Positions 59,213-64,000 of a DNA stretch of 64,000 nucleotides are shown in pieces. Location of the stretch: assembly GCA_964012805.1 (NCBI GenBank), contig CAXGUD010000003.1:64001-128000 (forward strand), read 5' to 3'. Numbering within the stretch: position 1 is the first letter of the stretch; every line of letters starts with the position of its first letter. Below the pieces are notes generated by a model that was not told the origin of the DNA, did not search any database, and was given only the letters and a program-made list of their open reading frames with translations. The translations under genes and the position numbers were made by a program. This DNA is from an uncultured Bacteriovoracaceae bacterium. GTDB taxonomy: Bacteria; Bdellovibrionota; Bacteriovoracia; Bacteriovoracales; Bacteriovoracaceae.

Positions 59213-60004
59213 ATGAGTTTTTTAAAATTGGAAGGAAAGTCTTTTCTCATAACAGGAGTGGCCAACAAGAAAAGCGTTGCTTGTCATGTTGCCAAGACTC
59301 TTATAGAAAATGGTGCAGAAGTTTTTTTCTCTGTTCAAAACGAGCCCAATTACGAAAAAGTTAAAAAACTTTTTCCTAATAATAAAATTTTTATTTGTGA
59401 TGTTGAAAATGAAGATTCCATTGAAAAATTAAGGTTAGGGTTAGGGGAAAAAACTTTATCTGGTTTTCTTCACTCTATTGCTTTTGCAAATTATTCAGAG
59501 GGAATTAAGCCTTTTCATGAAACAAATGTAAAAGATTATTTACAGGCAACAAATATCTCATGCTTTTCATTGGTATCTCTGGCCAATGGGTTAAAGAAAA
59601 ACCTGGCCGAAGATGCTTCCGTGGTTACTATTTCAATTTCAAATACAAAGGCAACATCTTATGGTTATATGGGACCTATCAAAGCTTCATTAGATGCAAC
59701 GGTACCTTTTTTGGCCAAAAGCTTTTCAGATTTTTCCAGAATAAGGTTTAATGCTGTTTGTGCAGGACCTCTAAAAACTTCTGCCTCAGCTGGTATTCCT
59801 GGGTATATTAATAACTATATATATTCTGAGCAATTAATGCTTAGAAAAAAGGCCCTTCATACTTCAGAAGTAGCAGACACTGCGGCTTTTCTTCTTAGTT
59901 CAAGGTCAAGTGGGATAAACGGAGAACGCATCGTTGTTGATGGTGGTATGAGTTGCAATTATTTCGATCAAAAAGTCGTTAATCTTTTGGCCGATCATAT
60001 TTAA
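59213..60004 (+). CDS. fabI: Enoyl-ACP reductase, divergent FabI family
   Basis: ITGVANKKSVA, CDV, LHSIAFA, YGYMGPIKA, AGPLKTSASAGIPG. Confidence 0.82.
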   Translation: MSFLKLEGKSFLITGVANKKSVACHVAKTLIENGAEVFFSVQNEPNYEKVKKLFPNNKIFICDVENEDSIEKLRLGLGEKTLSGFLHSIAFANYSEGIKPFHETNVKDYLQATNISCFSLVSLANGLKKNLAEDASVVTISISNTKATSYGYMGPIKASLDATVPFLAKSFSDFSRIRFNAVCAGPLKTSASAGIPGYINNYIYSEQLMLRKKALHTSEVADTAAFLLSSRSSGINGERIVVDGGMSCNYFDQKVVNLLADHI

Positions 60005-60027
60005 AAATTATTTTTTTTTGAAGAAGA

Positions 60028-60054
60028 GAGAGGATATCCCCTAATAGTCCTCTC
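60028..60054. terminator. Possible hairpin between convergent genes
   Basis: GAGAGGA...TCCTCTC inverted repeat; U-tracts not adjacent. Confidence 0.3.
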
Positions 60055-60082
60055 CCTCCCTATAAACTCCGGTCCTTATTTT

Positions 60083-60553
60083 TTAGTAAGGGCCGTAAGT
60101 AAAACCTGGTCTGTGAATTTCACATCTTACCATTCCATAAGAAGGCATGATATTTCTACCTCTAAAACCTTGACGACATTTCCTCATGGCTTTTCTACAT
60201 GCTTTCCTTCTTGCATGCCTAAAATTTTCACCTCTCGCTTTTCCCCTAAATGAGGTGATGACTTTTCTACCCATAACGAGGTCAGCTCGGCAATGGGCCT
60301 TTCTTCGTGGGTGTCTTGGGTAGTACCCACGATCATAATCGTCATCCCATCTGCCATCATAATAGTTATCATCCCAGTCATTAGAAGGATCTTGCCAACC
60401 GTCGTTACGGTCATCCCAGCCACTATCCCAGCCATCGTGATCCCAAGATCTTTCAATTTCATTGTCAATAGGTTCAAGAGAGATTGAGTCTGTTGCATTT
60501 GAAAAAGAAGACATCGAAAACATAACTAGCAGGATAAAAAAATTTTTCTTCAT
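60083..60553 (-). CDS. Small secreted protein with Trp/Asp-rich repeat and basic Cys-containing domain
   Basis: AGGAG RBS, signal peptide, (W-D-x-x-G)-like repeats, Arg-rich C-terminus with four Cys. Confidence 0.75.
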   Translation of the reverse strand: MKKNFFILLVMFSMSSFSNATDSISLEPIDNEIERSWDHDGWDSGWDDRNDGWQDPSNDWDDNYYDGRWDDDYDRGYYPRHPRRKAHCRADLVMGRKVITSFRGKARGENFRHARRKACRKAMRKCRQGFRGRNIMPSYGMVRCEIHRPGFTYGPY

Positions 60554-60787
60554 TACTTTCTCCTGTTTTAAAGTACCTACAAAGCGCCTTTTATAGCTTT
60601 TAAGAGGTCCAAAAGGAAGAAAATAAACCTTACATAATGTTGATAAAAGAACTTGCTTTTAGGGCCATATTGACCTGTTTACTCAAAGATTTTATCAACA
60701 ACAATTAGGTATAAATTTTTAACTGTAAACAAATTTATGGAGTTATAATAAATAAGTTAGGTTTTAATTTCAAAAAGGAATAATTAA

Positions 60788-62185
60788 ATGGCTTCTCAGA
60801 AAGTGGAAGACGGAGGAAAAATTTTAATCGTTGAGGACGAAGAGAGTGTCGCAGACGTCATGGAAATGTATATTGAAACTGAATTCGATAATGAAATTAT
60901 TTTTGCCAAATCTGGAAATGAAGCTATTGAAATATTAAAAAAAGACCATGATATTGTTCTTGTTCTCTCCGACTATACTATGGAAGATGGAAATGGAAGA
61001 GTCTTATATAGATTTTTAAAGGAGTCCTCTCTAGACCCTGCTTTTATTTTAGTATGTGCCGAAGACAATATAGATCCAGCTGATATGCCGGAATTTATGG
61101 AACTTTTTGAAAATAGAAGTGAATTGCCCTTTTTGACAAAACCATTTAACAAAGAAGAATTGGTAAAAATCGTCTCTGATTTTTTAAAAACAAAAATAGA
61201 ACTTTTAAGTGAGAGCTATTCTCCAATTTCAGCTGACCGCTTTTTAATCTTTAAAGAGATGCCTGTACAGGCCTTTATGAAAATGACAGGGCTTGGAAAA
61301 TACCTCCCGGTTTTTAATAAAGGAGCCGAAGTTCATGAAGAAGATTTCAAAAAGTATATTGATAAAGGTATTCAGTATCTTTTTATAAAAAAAGAAGAGT
61401 ACGAGGATTTTATTAAGGTTTCAAATGAACACTTAGGTTTAAAGCTAGGTGTTGAAGCTTCAGATAGTGAAGAAAACAAGAGTAAGTTAGAAGAACAGGT
61501 TTTTCTTCAATTCCACAGTATTGAAGGAATTCACAGGGCATTAAGGGATTTAGGAATAAAAGAAACGACTATAGAGCTAGCTGATCGTTTTTATAAAACT
61601 ATCTTGAGTAATTTAAAGAGAAGTCCAAAGATGGCTTCCATATTAGGAAAATTGGTTACAAAAAAAAATTACCTTTACCAACTTGGAATATTAACATCCT
61701 ATTTAAGTGTTGCAATCTTAGAAAAAACAGAGATAAATAATAATGAAAATAGTGAAAGGTTAGTAACGGCCTCAATTTGTCAGGACATTTCTCTTGATAA
61801 TACAGAACTGGCCAAAATTGTAGATATTGAAAACCAGAGTTTTAAAGACCTTCCATTTGATACAAAAGAACAGGTTTTAACTCACCCGATTCGCTCTGCT
61901 CAGCTATTAGTTGATCAAGGTATTTTTTCTAGCGAAACTGCAAATATTATTAGAGAACATCACGAAAGGCCTGACGGTACTGGTTTCCCAAGGAATCTGG
62001 ATAGTTCAAATTTGGGGGAGCTTTCCTGCATTTTTATTATTGCTCATCACTTTTCTCATAGGCTTTTAACAGAACCTTTAAGTGCAGATACTTTAGGATC
62101 CATTAATAATGAGCTTAAAGAAAAGTTTTCTCAAGGAAATTTTGAAAAACCTTATGAGGGTTTTATTCAATCTTTTAAGTCATAG
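60788..62185 (+). CDS. Response regulator with degenerate HD-GYP domain
   Basis: REC motifs ILIVEDE, LSDYTM, TKPF; HHERPDGTGFP; HD replaced by QD. Confidence 0.88.
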   Translation: MASQKVEDGGKILIVEDEESVADVMEMYIETEFDNEIIFAKSGNEAIEILKKDHDIVLVLSDYTMEDGNGRVLYRFLKESSLDPAFILVCAEDNIDPADMPEFMELFENRSELPFLTKPFNKEELVKIVSDFLKTKIELLSESYSPISADRFLIFKEMPVQAFMKMTGLGKYLPVFNKGAEVHEEDFKKYIDKGIQYLFIKKEEYEDFIKVSNEHLGLKLGVEASDSEENKSKLEEQVFLQFHSIEGIHRALRDLGIKETTIELADRFYKTILSNLKRSPKMASILGKLVTKKNYLYQLGILTSYLSVAILEKTEINNNENSERLVTASICQDISLDNTELAKIVDIENQSFKDLPFDTKEQVLTHPIRSAQLLVDQGIFSSETANIIREHHERPDGTGFPRNLDSSNLGELSCIFIIAHHFSHRLLTEPLSADTLGSINNELKEKFSQGNFEKPYEGFIQSFKS

Positions 62186-62314
62186 TTTATGAAAGAAACA
62201 AAATATTTTACTTTAACTACTTTTTTTACTGTTTTTTCATTAAATTTATTGAAAAATTATATTCTAAGAATCAAATGAAATTTTTGAAAGATATCCTTTA
62301 AGTAAGGAGCGAAG

Positions 62315-63304
62315 ATGGACTCTCTGGTCAAATTAGAGGAAGAGCTCAGATATATTAATAAGACAGAACTGGGAAGGCGCGCTTTCCTAGGTTCCCTTCC
62401 GATTCTATTAGCTTCTTGCGCGACATCTAGACATAGGCAGCGAGAAGGAGATAATTCCGGACAAGCGACGTCTCTTTCAGTTGAAGATGAAAAGAGAATG
62501 ACTCAGCAATATATTCCAAAAATGAGAAAGGACTATCCGCCCTTAAAGAATGATAAAGTCCAGCGTTATATAGCCAGTCTTGGAAGAAAGATTGCTTCAA
62601 AAAATGGACTAGAGGGAAAGCCTTATAATTACAACTTTTCAGTTGTGGATACAAAAATGGTTAATGCTTTCGCCTTGCCAGCGGGCACGATCTATGTGAC
62701 CGCACCTCTGATTGAAATGGCCGAAACGGAGTCTGAGTTGGCCGGAGTTATTGGTCATGAAATCGGTCACGTAAAGGCCAGGCATACTGCTGAAAGAATA
62801 GATAAGGCAAAAAAAGAACAGAAAAAGAGCATTTTATATGGGTTAGGTGGAGCCATCCTTGGTGGCTTAGCTGGTTATGGGCTCGGAAAGTTAGTGTGCA
62901 GCCGCCAGGATAGAGAGTGCTTGAGGAGGATGGCGAAGTATGGTTCCATGGCGGGAGCAGGGGGGGCCCTTTTAATTCAAAAGTATGCCTTCATGGCGAA
63001 CTCCAGAGAAGATGAAATGGAAGCTGATAGGATTGGCTTTAGGACAAGTGTTGGAGCAGGGTACCATTCCAATCACGTAGGACTTTTTTATAAAAAATTA
63101 CTAGAAATGGAAAAAAAGTATAATAAGAATACAAATTCAATTCTTGCTTCCTTTGCAGATGCTATGAGCACCCATCCTCCAAGTGAAGAAAGAGTTGTCC
63201 AGATGGATAAAATGTCGAGGAAATGGCCCTCTTCAAAGAAGGCGATTGTTTCGACAAAAGAGTTTGAAGAAGTCAAAAAAATTATAAAAAAGTCAAAAAG
63301 TTAA
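62315..63304 (+). CDS. M48-family zinc metalloprotease, probable Tat lipoprotein
   Basis: VNAFALPAG, ELAGVIGHEIGH (HEXXH), SREDEMEAD, STHP; N-terminal GRRAFL...LASC. Confidence 0.92.
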   Translation: MDSLVKLEEELRYINKTELGRRAFLGSLPILLASCATSRHRQREGDNSGQATSLSVEDEKRMTQQYIPKMRKDYPPLKNDKVQRYIASLGRKIASKNGLEGKPYNYNFSVVDTKMVNAFALPAGTIYVTAPLIEMAETESELAGVIGHEIGHVKARHTAERIDKAKKEQKKSILYGLGGAILGGLAGYGLGKLVCSRQDRECLRRMAKYGSMAGAGGALLIQKYAFMANSREDEMEADRIGFRTSVGAGYHSNHVGLFYKKLLEMEKKYNKNTNSILASFADAMSTHPPSEERVVQMDKMSRKWPSSKKAIVSTKEFEEVKKIIKKSKS

Positions 63305-63315
63305 GGTGACTGAAT

Positions 63316-64000
63316 ATGATTGATTTAAGATCTGATACCGTGACAAAGCCAACTGAAAAAATGAAAGAATCGATGATGAAAGCAAAAGTTGGTGACGATG
63401 TTTTTGGGGAAGACCCAACCGTTAATGAGTTACAAAAGCAAATGGCGGATATGTTAGGAAAGGAGGCCGCTCTTTTTGTACCTTCAGGGACAATGGCCAA
63501 CCAGCTTGGCATTGGCTCTTTAACTCAGCCAGGTGATGAATTACTTTGCCATAGCTCTTATCATGTTTATCAATGGGAAGGAGGAGGACTTGCAAGATTA
63601 TGGGGTGTTACGACTAGAACCATTGAAAAGGAAGAAGGCTTTTTAGATGTAGAGGACCTTCAAAATAAAGTAAGGCCTTTAGATTCACATTACGCGAAAA
63701 CATCAATTATATCTCTTGAAAATACTCTTAATAGGATGGGCGGTAGAGTTTTTCCCTTAGATAAGATAAAAAAAATAGCTTTTTGGGCCAGAAACAACGG
63801 CCTAAAGATGCATTTAGATGGGGCCAGACTTTTTAATGCGTCTATTGCTTCAGATGTCCCACTCAAAGAATGGGGAAAGTACTTTGATACAATATCAGTT
63901 TGCTTTTCAAAAGGTTTGGGAGCTCCTTTAGGGTCTATTTTAGTGGGAAATAAGGGTGAAATAGAAAAGGCCCACCGTCTAAGAAAATTTATGGGTGGTG
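63316..64000 (+). CDS. ltaE: Low-specificity L-threonine aldolase, runs off the window edge
   Basis: Not in ORF track. Manual translation MIDLRSDTVTKPT...VGDDVFGEDPTV...PSGTMANQ...HLDGARLFNA...CFSKGLGAPLGS. Confidence 0.93.
   Translation, partial: MIDLRSDTVTKPTEKMKESMMKAKVGDDVFGEDPTVNELQKQMADMLGKEAALFVPSGTMANQLGIGSLTQPGDELLCHSSYHVYQWEGGGLARLWGVTTRTIEKEEGFLDVEDLQNKVRPLDSHYAKTSIISLENTLNRMGGRVFPLDKIKKIAFWARNNGLKMHLDGARLFNASIASDVPLKEWGKYFDTISVCFSKGLGAPLGSILVGNKGEIEKAHRLRKFMGG

Noticed and set aside
60184..60498. 104-aa Met/Thr-rich alternate-frame ORF
   Set aside because: By-product of the GAT/GAC/TGG repeats of the Trp-Asp protein
1..64000. tRNA, rRNA, prophage, IS elements and anti-phage defence systems
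   Set aside because: No recognisable signatures by eye; tRNAscan, Infernal and DefenseFinder would be needed to exclude them formally

Overview
AT-rich, gene-dense chromosomal segment of a Gram-negative bacterium. Gene content suggests a predatory Bdellovibrionota of the order Bacteriovoracales (Halobacteriovorax-like): a Flp/Tad pilus locus, many secreted proteases and lipoproteins, a degenerate HD-GYP regulator and CheX-like proteins. This placement is inference, not a marker-gene result. Most of the window is housekeeping (ettA, lysC, manC, purB, kdsB-pyrG-kdsA-kdsC, gpsA, guaB-guaA, dnaE, pyrD, ltaE, RlmI-like methyltransferase). I saw no rRNA, tRNA, CRISPR array, integrase or transposase. 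The most interesting items are: (1) a stand-alone operon of a phytoene-desaturase-like flavoprotein plus FabG, FabZ and an atypical FabI, pointing to an uncharacterised lipid-tailoring pathway; (2) four CheX-like phosphatases, three in tandem and one under a sigma28-like promoter, all ending in an acidic D-[IV]-D-F-[FL] tail; (3) a ClC protein lacking both the gating and proton glutamates; (4) a minimal, split Tad locus with a candidate fused TadB/TadC gene about 10 kb away; (5) a secreted catalase-fold protein and a secreted TPP II-like subtilase. All calls come from reading motifs by eye; no database searches were run.
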